The translations under genes were made by a program, and so were the position numbers. 42,429 nucleotides of DNA, from assembly GCA_031551595.1 (NCBI GenBank), contig JAVBNK010000001.1, forward strand, positions 1-42,429, written 5' to 3'. This DNA comes from Rikenellaceae bacterium. GTDB lineage: Bacteria; Bacteroidota; Bacteroidia; Bacteroidales; Rikenellaceae. The notes under the pieces are model-generated. The model ran no database searches. It saw only the letters and a program-made list of their open reading frames with translations, and had not been told where the DNA came from. This document shows positions 7,800 to 16,500 of the stretch, piece after piece (position 1 is the stretch's first letter; each line of letters begins with the position of its first letter).

Positions 7800-8459
7800 T
7801 TACAGTTTGAAACTCACGCCGAATCCGCTGAAGAAAGTGGAAAAATCACAGTCGAATCCGGAGATCGAACTGGAACGGCCGTTGTTTTTATCCTTTTCCG
7901 TATCCTTAAAATACCCCACATTTCCTATCGAGGCGGTGATTGTAAATTTGCCTGCAACGGTATAAGCCAGGCCCGGACTCAGATTCACATTCCAGTTGGA
8001 AAGCTTGAATTTCAGGTTCTCCGCATCTTCGCTTCCGCCATAGGTTTCTGTATAAACCTGTTTCAATGTGCCCCATTGGCCACCGCCCTCCAACTCGGCG
8101 TATAACCGCAGGTTGCCGAAAACGGGAATATATTTTCGAACAGCCAGGAAAGCGCCTGCCATATTTCTTTTCGAGTCGTAATTACGCCAATTATCACTAT
8201 CGAGGAAATCATTGCGTTTCTCATGACCAATATAAACTTCCGGCCCGACGAGTCACGACCATGTATCGGCTAAGTAGTATTCAATATTAAGAGACCCCGA
8301 AAATCGTGTGTTTTTTCCATCGCTTTTAGAGAGAAGGTCGGATGAGTCATTTTTCGAAGAAGAAAATCCCAGACCCCCGCCGGCCCAGAAGGTTCCCTTT
8401 TGCCCGGATACGCACAGCGCCGCGGCCGCAAATAATAAAGAAAGAACAGTTTTTTTCAT
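7800..8459 (-). pseudogene. outer-membrane beta-barrel protein gene interrupted by one in-frame TGA (8253-8255)
   Basis: Track ORFs 8253..8486 (signal peptide MKKTVLSLLFAAAALCVSGQ) and 7800..8162 are in the same frame (324 nt apart). The stretch between them has no other stop. The C-terminus ends FGVSFKL, and the composite is about 219 aa, typical of small 8-stranded barrels. Confidence 0.6.
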
Positions 8460-8575
8460 GGTTTTTGATATTGTTGGGTTGGACATACTGCCGCCAATAC
8501 GGGTAACGGCGACCCGGCTTGAAAGCGAGAAGCTTAAGCATCCGAAAGATAGGATGTTTTTTTCAAACTATTTCG

Positions 8576-8583
8576 TATTTTTG
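8576..8583 (+). promoter_or_regulatory. candidate -7 box (TATTTTTG) for the DUF2148 gene
   Basis: It matches TAnnTTTG and ends 21 nt upstream of the ATG at 8605. Confidence 0.4.
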
Positions 8584-8604
8584 TAAAATAAATTATCCCC
8601 CATT

Positions 8605-9144
8605 ATGATAATCAACGAAAAACAGGAACGCGAACAGAACGTGATGCAGGCAGCGCGCATGATGATGACCGCCGCCCGAACCGCACCCAAAGCCAAGGGT
8701 GCAGACCTCCAGGAAATCGTCGCCGTGACGGGCGACGACCTGAAACGCCTTGCAGCCAAGATGCGCGAGCTGAGTCCGGTGATTGGGATGAAATTCTTCA
8801 TGCGCGACGCCGCCGGCGTGGACCAGGCGCAGGCCGTGGTGCTGATCGGCACGCGCCAGCATACGCAAGGGCTTAATTGTGGTTATTGCGGTTTCGCCAC
8901 ATGCGCCATAAAGACGCAGCATCCGGCCGTACCGTGCTATTTCAATGCCGTGGACGTGGGCATCGCCCTGGGATCAGCCGCGGCAATGGCGGCGGACCTT
9001 CGCGTCGATACCCGGGTGATGTACTCGGCCGGCATGGCCGCACGCAAACTCGGGATGATCGGCGACTGCGAAGGCGTGATCGCCATCCTGCTGAGCAGCA
9101 CCAGCAAAAACCCTTTCTTCGACCGCGTGTTCGAACAGAAATAG
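8605..9144 (+). CDS. DUF2148 (ferredoxin-like) domain-containing protein
   Basis: The product is 179 aa. It shows the pattern AARTAPKAKGAD...LNCGYCGF.TC...NPFFDR, which I recognise as the DUF2148 family. Confidence 0.8.
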   Translation: MIINEKQEREQNVMQAARMMMTAARTAPKAKGADLQEIVAVTGDDLKRLAAKMRELSPVIGMKFFMRDAAGVDQAQAVVLIGTRQHTQGLNCGYCGFATCAIKTQHPAVPCYFNAVDVGIALGSAAAMAADLRVDTRVMYSAGMAARKLGMIGDCEGVIAILLSSTSKNPFFDRVFEQK

Positions 9145-9166
9145 GGACGAGGCATCCGTCCCCGGT

Positions 9167-9195
9167 CCCCGCTTCCGACGGAAGCGGGGATTTTT
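9167..9195 (+). terminator. rho-independent terminator
   Basis: Stem CCCCGCTTCC / GGAAGCGGGG with a 3-nt loop, followed by ATTTTT. Confidence 0.75.
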
Positions 9196-9350
9196 CATAT
9201 CCGCGCCTCGCCAGAAGACGCCACGGGGTGAAATCACGACATGAGCCTTACGGGAGCAGGGCCTCGGATCCTCCCGCGGCGGGAGTCGGCACCATATTTG
9301 TCTTTAAAAAGGAGTGAAACGGCTCCTGAAGCCACTAAAATGCTGTAATC

Positions 9351-10742
9351 ATGGCCCTGCACACCAAAAGAACAGGCCCGCCGGAGAGTGCATACGACAG
9401 GTATACCCTTTCCGCCTCGATGGGCAACATCCCGAAGTACCGGATGCCCGACGGGCCAAACGACCCGGACGAAGTGGCCGAACTATTGCTCGATGAGTTG
9501 CTGCTGGACGGCAACGCCAAGCAAAACCTCGCCACGTTCTGCCAGACCTACGCCGACCCTCCCACGCGCCGTATCATGGACGCCTGCATCGACAAGAACA
9601 TGATCGACAAGGATGAGTATCCCCAAACGGCCGAGATCGAGAACCGTTGCGTGCACATCCTGGCCGACCTGTGGAACTCGCCGCAGGGCGCCGCCACCAT
9701 GGGATGTTCCACGACCGGATCGAGCGAAGCGTGCATGTTGGGCGGGCTGGCCCTGAAATGGAAATGGCGCCAGCGCCGTGAAAAAGAAGGCAAACCCGCG
9801 GACAAGCCCAACCTGGTCACCGGCCCGGTGCAGGTATGCTGGCATAAATTCGCCCGTTATTTCGATGTCGAGTTGCGCGAGATCCCCATGGCGCACGGAC
9901 GGCTGCTGATGAGCCCCCGGGAGGTGTTGAAACGCGTGGACGAGAACACGATCGGGGTCGTACCCACGCTGGGGGTGACCTTTACGCTCCAATACGAGGA
10001 CGTGGAAGCCGTCAGCCGGGCGCTGGACGAATTGCAGGCACGCACCGGACTGGACATCCCGATCCATGTCGACGCGGCCAGCGGCGGATTTATCGCCCCG
10101 TTCCTGCAACCCGGCCTGGTGTGGGATTTCCGCCTGCCGCGCGTGCGGTCGATCAACGCCTCGGGCCACAAATTCGGGCTCTCTCCCCTGGGGGTGGGCT
10201 GGGTTGTATGGCGCGAGGCATCGGACCTGCCCGAAGACCTGATCTTCCGCGTGAATTACCTGGGCGGCGACATGCCCACGTTCGCGCTGAACTTCTCGCG
10301 GCCCGGCGGGCAGATCATCGCACAGTACTACAACCTGCTGCGCAACGGCCGCGAGGGCTACCGCCGCATCCAGGAGGCCTGCGAAGGCCACGGCGTATGG
10401 ATCGCCGGGCAAGTGGAGAAGACCGGGCTGTTCGACATCCTCTACGACGGGCGCGGAGGTGTTCCCGGCGCGGCGTGGATGCTCAAAAAGGGCGCGAAGC
10501 CCGGTTTCACGCTGTTCGACCTGTCGGACCGTATGCGTACCCGCGGCTGGCAGATCGCTTCGTACGCCCTGCCGCCCGATTGCGGGGATATGGTGATCCA
10601 GCGAGTGCTGATCCGCCACGGTTTTTCGCGCGACATGGCCCAGTTGATGATCGACGACCTGCTGCGCTCGATCGACTACTTCGCCAAGAATCCCGTGCGC
10701 AACGCCATGACCGAGCGCGAAGCCGGAGGATATCGTCATTAA
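9351..10742 (+). CDS. gadB: glutamate decarboxylase (PLP-dependent)
   Basis: It contains [16 protein letters not shown] and the PLP-lysine motif [11 protein letters not shown]. The product is 463 aa with a C-terminal His (GGYRH). Confidence 0.95.
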   Translation: MALHTKRTGPPESAYDRYTLSASMGNIPKYRMPDGPNDPDEVAELLLDELLLDGNAKQNLATFCQTYADPPTRRIMDACIDKNMIDKDEYPQTAEIENRCVHILADLWNSPQGAATMGCSTTGSSEACMLGGLALKWKWRQRREKEGKPADKPNLVTGPVQVCWHKFARYFDVELREIPMAHGRLLMSPREVLKRVDENTIGVVPTLGVTFTLQYEDVEAVSRALDELQARTGLDIPIHVDAASGGFIAPFLQPGLVWDFRLPRVRSINASGHKFGLSPLGVGWVVWREASDLPEDLIFRVNYLGGDMPTFALNFSRPGGQIIAQYYNLLRNGREGYRRIQEACEGHGVWIAGQVEKTGLFDILYDGRGGVPGAAWMLKKGAKPGFTLFDLSDRMRTRGWQIASYALPPDCGDMVIQRVLIRHGFSRDMAQLMIDDLLRSIDYFAKNPVRNAMTEREAGGYRH

Positions 10743-10840
10743 CGCAGCCGGCGGAAGGCGGGCCGAAGCCGAAACGACAAAGAATCCCGTGGCAAACAGC
10801 GGGGTATCGCAAGGGCGCAGTCGCCTGTGGCAACTGCCAA

Positions 10841-10892
10841 CCGACGCCAAGCCGGACGCCATCAAACTTGTTTGAATGGCCGGGGCGCGAAG
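10841..10892 (+). repeat. dispersed intergenic hairpin repeat, copy A
   Basis: The sequence is CCGACGCCAAGCCGGACGCCATCAAACTTGTTTGAATGGCCGGGGCGCGAAG. It is 50/52 identical to copy B and also aligns with copy C. It folds as CCGG-AC-GCCAT-CAAAC-TT-GTTTG-A-ATGGC-CGG. Confidence 0.85.
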
Positions 10893-10921
10893 CAGGAAAA
10901 GCCTGCAATGCAGGCTTACAT

Positions 10922-11258
10922 CCCGCGGCCCGAACCGACGTTCGCGCGAGGGCGGAATCGAACCCGTTCGAATGCTGCCGGGCAAAGAGGGGGAAATGAC
11001 CGCGAAGCGGGCTTACCTGCCGCAACCGCAGGATGCGAACCGCAAGCGACGGGGAATCAACCCTTACAGAATAAACTACCCCGCCGCAACCGACGCTGCG
11101 GGCGAGGGCAGAATCGAACCCGTTCGAATGCTGCCGGGCAAAGAGGGGGAAATGTCCGCGAAGCGGGCTTACCTGCCGCAACCGCAGGATACGAGCCGCA
11201 AGCGACATACAGAATAAACAACCCCGCCGCAACCGACGCGCTGCGGGCGAGGGCAGAA
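10922..11258. repeat. tandem repeat array (about 2.3 units, period 145-156 bp) between gadB and gadC
   Basis: The 105-nt cores at 10946-11050 and 11102-11206 differ at 4 positions. A third unit starts at 11247 and then diverges. Each unit is preceded by a CCCCGCCGCAACCGACG..CTGCGGG module. Confidence 0.85.
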
Positions 11259-11474
11259 CCGAGTGTACTTGAGTTATGCCGGGCCGCGGGGAGGAAACCC
11301 ATGTGCAGCATGGGTAACTGAAGCTTTGGGGGTATCACGAGGACGCCGTTGCCTGCGGTAACCGCCACATCGCGGCCCGCGCCTACGGCGCGCCCCCGCA
11401 GCCGCGGGATGTAAACAACAAAACGCAGTAAACCGACGCGAATTCAACCCTTACATACTAAAAAACACACGTTT

Positions 11475-12908
11475 ATGAAAAAACACATCACCACCTGGCA
11501 ACTGGCACTGATGACCGCGGCGGCGGTGATCAGCCTGCGCGGGCTTCCGATGATGGCCAAAGAGGAGATGACCATGTTCTTCTACATCTTCTTCGCCACG
11601 TTCCTGTTCCTGATCCCGGCGGCGCTGGTGAGCGCCGAACTGGGCAGCGCCTTCGCTTCGAAAGGCGGCGGCGTGTACACCTGGCTCAAAGAGGCTTACG
11701 GCCCGCGGGCAGGCTTCACGGCGATTTTCCTGCAATGGATCCAGAACGTGGTGTGGTATCCCACGGTGCTGTCGTTCGCCGCGGCGGCCGTCGCGTTCCT
11801 GGTCGGACGGCAGGGGCTCGCGCAGAACGGCACGTATGTGGGGATATTCTCCATCGCGGTCTACTGGCTGGCCACACTGGTCACGGTGCGCGGCACGGGC
11901 ACCATATCCAGGATCACCAGCCGCGGATTCCTCATCGGCACGGTGCTGCCGGGCGTGGTGGTCGTGGTGATGGCTGGGGTGTGGATCATCGCGGGGCACC
12001 CGGTCGCCATCGAGTCGCTTCCGGCCGACGCCACATCGCTCGTCAACGCCGATGCGGGCCACGTCCACCCGCGCCTCTTCCCGCACATCACGGGCATGGG
12101 TACGATCGCCTTCCTGGCCGGCATCCTGCTGCTGTTCGCAGGCGTCGAGGTACATGCCGTACACGCCTCCGAAATGAAAAACCCCGCACGGCAGTTTCCC
12201 GTGGCGGTATTCCTCGCCGCACTCATCTCGTTCGCACTCTTCACGCTGGGTTCGCTGGCCGTGGCGGTGGTGATGCCTTATGAACAGATCAATATCCAGG
12301 ACGGGCTGATGGTGACCTTCCGGCACATGTTCTCCACGTTCGGCGCCGGATGGATGACCAACGTGATGGGGGCCCTGGTAGCCTTCGGGGCGCTGGCGGG
12401 GGTCACCTCGTGGATCTCCGGCCCGAGCCGCGGCCTGCTGTGGACCGCCCGCGACGGTCAACTTCCGAAGCCCCTCACCAAAATCAACAAAAACGGCATC
12501 CAGGTCAACATCCTCATCGTGCAGGGCGTGATCGTGACCATCCTTTCGTCGCTTTACTTCGTGATCGACGACGTGAGCGTGGCGTTCTTCCTGCTCAGCG
12601 CCCTGACCATCGGCCTTTACCTGATGATGTATATGCTCATGTATGCCGCCGCGATCAGGCTGCGCCGCACCCGGCCCGACCTGCCGAGGGCTTACCGCGT
12701 CCCCGGCGGACGCAAAGGCATGTGGGGCGTGGCGGGCATGGGGCTGATCGCCGTGGCGTTTTCGTTCGTGGTGGCGTTCTTCCCGCCCTCGCAACTGCCT
12801 GTGGGCAGTCCGGGAATGTATGTGGCGCTGGTTTTTGCCGGTAACGTCATCTTCCTCGGCATCCCGATCGTAATCAGTTACACGAGGCGCAAAAAACTGC
12901 AGAAATGA
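11475..12908 (+). CDS. gadC: glutamate:GABA antiporter (APC family)
   Basis: The product is 477 aa with about 12 hydrophobic segments. The N-terminus is GadC-like (TWQLALMTAAAVISLRGLP...FLIPAALVSAELGSAF), and the gene is adjacent to gadB. Confidence 0.9.
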   Translation: MKKHITTWQLALMTAAAVISLRGLPMMAKEEMTMFFYIFFATFLFLIPAALVSAELGSAFASKGGGVYTWLKEAYGPRAGFTAIFLQWIQNVVWYPTVLSFAAAAVAFLVGRQGLAQNGTYVGIFSIAVYWLATLVTVRGTGTISRITSRGFLIGTVLPGVVVVVMAGVWIIAGHPVAIESLPADATSLVNADAGHVHPRLFPHITGMGTIAFLAGILLLFAGVEVHAVHASEMKNPARQFPVAVFLAALISFALFTLGSLAVAVVMPYEQINIQDGLMVTFRHMFSTFGAGWMTNVMGALVAFGALAGVTSWISGPSRGLLWTARDGQLPKPLTKINKNGIQVNILIVQGVIVTILSSLYFVIDDVSVAFFLLSALTIGLYLMMYMLMYAAAIRLRRTRPDLPRAYRVPGGRKGMWGVAGMGLIAVAFSFVVAFFPPSQLPVGSPGMYVALVFAGNVIFLGIPIVISYTRRKKLQK

Positions 12909-14239
12909 TCCCCTCATACATCTCCTTCGGACTTTGGCTGAGCCAAAGTCCGGCAGCCCGCAGCCACCCGGCGCGGAGGGCTGCGCTTAACAGCCGCTGG
13001 CTGACGCTTGCCTCCGCCGGCTGCGGGCACAGACGCACAGGTGATCCCGGCGGCTCGAAATCGAGAAGAGCCTTTCTGTTATGCGTTCTGTGTTCCCTCT
13101 GCCTGCACTCCCCGGCCCAGGAGCAACCTCCGGCCACCACGCGCAGAAATACCGAGAACAACCGCGGCGGCGGGATCGTGATCACCGACCTGAAAGGGAT
13201 TACCATGCGCATCGGGGGCTTCATGCAGGCCGATTTCATACACGACTTCGACCAAGCCTCCGTACACGACGCCTTCCAGCCCTCGTCGATCACCGTGCCT
13301 ACGGTGCGCGAGGGCAATACCGCCTTCGGCATCCGCCAGTCGAGGCTCAACTTTTCGGCTGCGGGGCCTACGCGGCTGGGCGAACTGTCGGCGCTCTTCG
13401 AGTTCGACCTAAGGGCCCCGGACGGCGGGGTCGCCCCGCGCATCCGCCACGCATGGATCGGTTTCGGCCGGTGGGGTTTCGGACAGACGTGGAGCAATTT
13501 CATGGACAGCGAAGCCTGGCCGGAGATCATCGACGCACAAGACCCCAACGCCTGCCTGATCCGGCGCCAGGTGCAGGTGCGTTACACCCTGCCCTTGAGC
13601 GACCGCCACACGCTGGCTTTCTCGCTCGAAGATCCGGGCGCCGACGCCACCCTGCCCGACGCGGACGGATGGGAAACGCGCACGCTGTGGCCCGACGCGA
13701 CGGCGAGCTGGCAGACGGAATGGGACCGCAACCACATACGGATCAGCGGACTGCTCCACCCCATTTCCTACCGTTCGCCCGGCCGCGGGGCGGCTACGGT
13801 GTTGGGCGGTGCGGGCAACTTCTCCGGCACCATCGCCACCAAAGGGAGCGACGCAATCAATTTCCAGGCCTCGTACGGTACCGGCTACGCCCGCTATATG
13901 AACGACCTGGGCGGGATGGGCTACGATGCGATGCCCGACCCGGCGGACGGCGACCGCCTGAGGACGGTGGACATGGGGGCCGTATGGCTCTTCTACGACC
14001 ACTGGTGGAGCAAGAGCCTCAGTTCGAGCGCAGGCTGGGGCTACCTGCATGTGCGCAGGCAGGATTTCCTGCCCGCGGACGCCGTATCGTCGACCAATTA
14101 CGGTTCAATCAACCTGCTGTGGCACCTGGGGGGCTACTTCAAGACGGGCGTGGAGGTGCTCTACGGCAACCGTATCGATCAGGACGGCAGCCGGGGCGAC
14201 AATTTCCGCATCCAGTTCTCGGCCTTCATGCGGCTGTGA
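12905..14239 (+). CDS. putative porin / outer-membrane beta-barrel protein (start codon uncertain)
   Basis: The long ORF is GC3-rich with an alternating beta-strand pattern and Gly/aromatic-rich strands. A signal-like segment SRRAFLLCVLCSLCLHSPAQE appears only about 55 codons after the ATG at 12905, which overlaps the gadC stop as ATGA. Confidence 0.6.
   Translation: MIPSYISFGLWLSQSPAARSHPARRAALNSRWLTLASAGCGHRRTGDPGGSKSRRAFLLCVLCSLCLHSPAQEQPPATTRRNTENNRGGGIVITDLKGITMRIGGFMQADFIHDFDQASVHDAFQPSSITVPTVREGNTAFGIRQSRLNFSAAGPTRLGELSALFEFDLRAPDGGVAPRIRHAWIGFGRWGFGQTWSNFMDSEAWPEIIDAQDPNACLIRRQVQVRYTLPLSDRHTLAFSLEDPGADATLPDADGWETRTLWPDATASWQTEWDRNHIRISGLLHPISYRSPGRGAATVLGGAGNFSGTIATKGSDAINFQASYGTGYARYMNDLGGMGYDAMPDPADGDRLRTVDMGAVWLFYDHWWSKSLSSSAGWGYLHVRRQDFLPADAVSSTNYGSINLLWHLGGYFKTGVEVLYGNRIDQDGSRGDNFRIQFSAFMRL
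12928..12952 (+). terminator. hairpin just after the gadC stop (no T-tract)
   Basis: CGGACTTTGGCT-G-AGCCAAAGTCCG is a 12-bp palindrome starting 20 nt after the gadC TGA. It lies inside the 5' end of the only ATG-initiated porin frame. Confidence 0.35.
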
Positions 14240-14523
14240 TGCCCACGCCACATCCGGACATGGCGCCCTATCGTCATTCACAAGGCTGCTGCTTCGGGGC
14301 GGCTTTTGCGCGGCAAGTTTTTTCCCGACCCGCCAACGTTTTAAGCGTCCCCGGCCTTTCTTCCTTATTCCTGCGTCCGAAGCGCTTTTCGCAGTTTTTA
14401 GCGGCCCTGCTTTCGGGTACTTTATTGATCCGGTCAGACTCTTTGGCAAATACAAAATAATTTCGCCCTTCCGCAAAATTCCCGTTCCGGAGAGGGTTTT
14501 CAGGAGGCAGACGCAGTGTGCCC

Positions 14524-14551
14524 AAAAAAACCGCCCCTTCCGGGGGAAGGC
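14524..14551 (-). terminator. candidate minus-strand terminator downstream (on the minus strand) of repeat copy B
   Basis: On the minus strand, GCCTTCC-CCC-GGAAGG(GGC) is followed by GGTTTTTTT. No annotated minus-strand gene is upstream of it. Confidence 0.3.
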
Positions 14552-14641
14552 TTACCAATGGCCTTACGAGCCTCAATCCAATCTCATTCTGCCATGGGCC
14601 AAATGGCCTGAAAGGCCGGTTTGCCTGCCCGCCCCTGTCAA

Positions 14642-14693
14642 CCGACGCCAAGCCGGGCGCCGTCAAACTTGTTTGAATGGCCGGGGCGCGAAG
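14642..14693 (+). repeat. dispersed intergenic hairpin repeat, copy B
   Basis: The sequence is CCGACGCCAAGCCGGGCGCCGTCAAACTTGTTTGAATGGCCGGGGCGCGAAG, in the porin-mutY spacer and in the same orientation as copies A and C. Confidence 0.85.
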
Positions 14694-14818
14694 GAGGAGG
14701 GCAAAGCCAACGGGCGGGCAGGGGTGGGATTATCCGCGCCAATACAAAGACAACCCTGCCCCCGCAGGCAAGGTCCGCGCCATTGATAAAACCGGGCATG
14801 AATTTCCCCCGTTTGGAT

Positions 14819-14826
14819 TATCTTTG
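14819..14826 (+). promoter_or_regulatory. candidate -7 box (TATCTTTG) for mutY
   Basis: It matches TAnnTTTG and ends 11 nt upstream of the ATG at 14837. This argues against the upstream starts at 14798 and 14621. Confidence 0.4.
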
Positions 14827-14836
14827 CATCCGCACC

Positions 14837-15895
14837 ATGCACTCCGAAACCGACATACCGCACGATCCGCAGATCAGCGCCACGCTCATCGAATGGTACG
14901 CCGCACACCGCCGCGAACTGCCCTGGCGCGAAACCGCCGACCCCTACCTGATCTGGATCTCGGAGGTGATCCTCCAGCAGACCCGCGTGGCGCAGGGGAC
15001 GGACTACTACCTGCGGTTCACGGGGCGTTTCCCCGACGTGCGCACCCTCGCCGCAGCCTCCCCGGACGAGGTGTTGCGCCACTGGCAGGGCCTGGGCTAC
15101 TACAGCCGGGCACGCAACCTGCACGCCGCCGCACGGCAGGTCGCGGAGCGTTTCGGGGGCATATTCCCGGCGACGTATGAGGAAGTCCGCGGGCTGCCGG
15201 GGATCGGCGATTACACGGCGGCGGCCGTCTGCTCGATCGCCCGGGGGCTGCCCCACGCGGCGGTGGACGGCAACGTCTACCGTGTGCTGGCCCGGCTCTT
15301 CGACATCGACCTGCCGGTCAACAGCGGTCCCGGGCAGCGTTATTTCGCACAACTTGCGGCCGCTTTGCTCGATGTACGGCGGCCGGGTACGCACAACCAG
15401 GCGATGATGGAATTCGGGGCTTTGCAATGCGTCCCCCGGTCGCCCGACTGCGCGGCCTGCCCCCTTGCGGGGCGCTGCCTGGCCCTGGCGCACGGGCGCG
15501 TAGCCTCATTGCCCGCGAAAATCCGCAGGCAAACCACCAAAGCCCGGTATTTCAACTACCTGGATCTGCGATGTGGCGGACGGACCGCGCTGGTACGACG
15601 CACCGGGGACGACATCTGGAAAGGGCTCTACGAATATCCGCTGATCGAAACGGAAAGTCCGGCCGGTTTCGCGGAATTGCAGCAAACGGAAGGATTCCGC
15701 ACCCTTGTGGACGGAAATTTCAACCTGGCGGAGAGCGTCACGATGCCCGCCCATGCGCTTTCGCACCGGGTGATCCACGCCCGGTTCCACCGCATCGAAA
15801 CCGACCGGCTGCCCGCAACGTGCATCCCGGTGGCCATACGCGACCTGGACGGGTATCCCGTATCCCGCCTGACCGAACTGTACCGCGAACGATAA
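14837..15895 (+). CDS. mutY: A/G-specific adenine DNA glycosylase
   Basis: It contains LPWRETADPYLIWISEVILQQTRV, GLGYYSRARNL and LPGIGDYTAAAV (HhH-GPD). An Fe-S cluster loop is present (CVPRSPDCAACPLAGRC), followed by a C-terminal NUDIX-like domain. Confidence 0.9.
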   Translation: MHSETDIPHDPQISATLIEWYAAHRRELPWRETADPYLIWISEVILQQTRVAQGTDYYLRFTGRFPDVRTLAAASPDEVLRHWQGLGYYSRARNLHAAARQVAERFGGIFPATYEEVRGLPGIGDYTAAAVCSIARGLPHAAVDGNVYRVLARLFDIDLPVNSGPGQRYFAQLAAALLDVRRPGTHNQAMMEFGALQCVPRSPDCAACPLAGRCLALAHGRVASLPAKIRRQTTKARYFNYLDLRCGGRTALVRRTGDDIWKGLYEYPLIETESPAGFAELQQTEGFRTLVDGNFNLAESVTMPAHALSHRVIHARFHRIETDRLPATCIPVAIRDLDGYPVSRLTELYRER

Positions 15896-15938
15896 GGCCG
15901 GTCGGCGATCCGGCCCGCAGGCCGTGATCCGCAGAGCG

Positions 15939-16382
15939 CTATCCCTGGGTATTCTTATCGCGGTAGGAAAGTTTGCGCGATTTTTCCTGCAAGGCGATCT
16001 CCTCTTCGGTTTCAGCCACGATATCGAGGTTATGGGGCATGGGCCGCGCGTTCTCATCGACATAGCAGAACGTCAGGAAGCCCTCGCAGAACACCTTCGC
16101 CGGGTCCTTCTGCAGGCGCACGCGCACGAACGAATCGACCGTACTGCGGCGGGCCAGCACCAGCATACTCTCGAAACAGAGCACCTCGCCGGCATGGATC
16201 GGGTGCAGGAATTCCAACCCGTGCATCTTCAGGCAGACGATATTATGCGGTTCGAGCTTATCGGCCAGGGAAATGAACCCGGCTTCGACCACCCATTCGG
16301 CGCAACGGCCTGCGAAAAGGGTTTTGTGGTGGTTCAGGTCTTCGTTTTTGACAAGGCGGTGGGAAATGACTTTGGTAAACAT
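15939..16382 (-). CDS. acyl-CoA thioesterase (hotdog fold)
   Basis: The product is 147 aa. The pattern LNHHKTLFAGRCAEWVVEAG...HGLEFLHPIHAGEV is typical of YciA/BFIT-type thioesterases. Confidence 0.85.
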   Translation of the reverse strand: MFTKVISHRLVKNEDLNHHKTLFAGRCAEWVVEAGFISLADKLEPHNIVCLKMHGLEFLHPIHAGEVLCFESMLVLARRSTVDSFVRVRLQKDPAKVFCEGFLTFCYVDENARPMPHNLDIVAETEEEIALQEKSRKLSYRDKNTQG

Positions 16383-16500
16383 AGGGAATCGGTTTATCGT
16401 TTTTCACCTTCCTGCGGCCCGGCGACCGGGGTATAGGGCTGCAGGCAGGCTAACAGGTTATCCGGGTGTGTCCACACCAACGGTCACGCCCTGATGAGCG

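Noticed and set aside
9483-10985. A 500-aa minus-strand ORF antisense to gadB.
   Set aside because: It mirrors a confidently identified gene in GC-rich DNA. The product is Arg/Gly/His/Pro-rich with no recognisable motifs, which is typical of a shadow ORF.
10946-11050. A tRNA-like motif (GGAATCGAACCCG, reverse complement CGGGTTCGATTCC) in each tandem unit, which raised the possibility of tRNA genes or tRNA-derived SINE-like elements.
   Set aside because: The flanking bases do not form a T-stem, acceptor stem or anticodon arm, so no cloverleaf can be drawn. Only the T-loop-like heptamer is present.
10922-11258. Possible CRISPR array.
   Set aside because: The units are 145-156 bp and directly abutting, with no unique spacers of 30-40 bp between short repeats. 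No cas genes are in the window.
10507-11321. Three overlapping ORFs (241, 164 and 113 aa) inside the gadB-gadC spacer that show duplicated peptide segments.
   Set aside because: The duplicated peptides only reflect the DNA tandem repeat. ORFs occur on both strands and in several frames, and there is no start context or family resemblance, so the region is treated as non-coding repeat.
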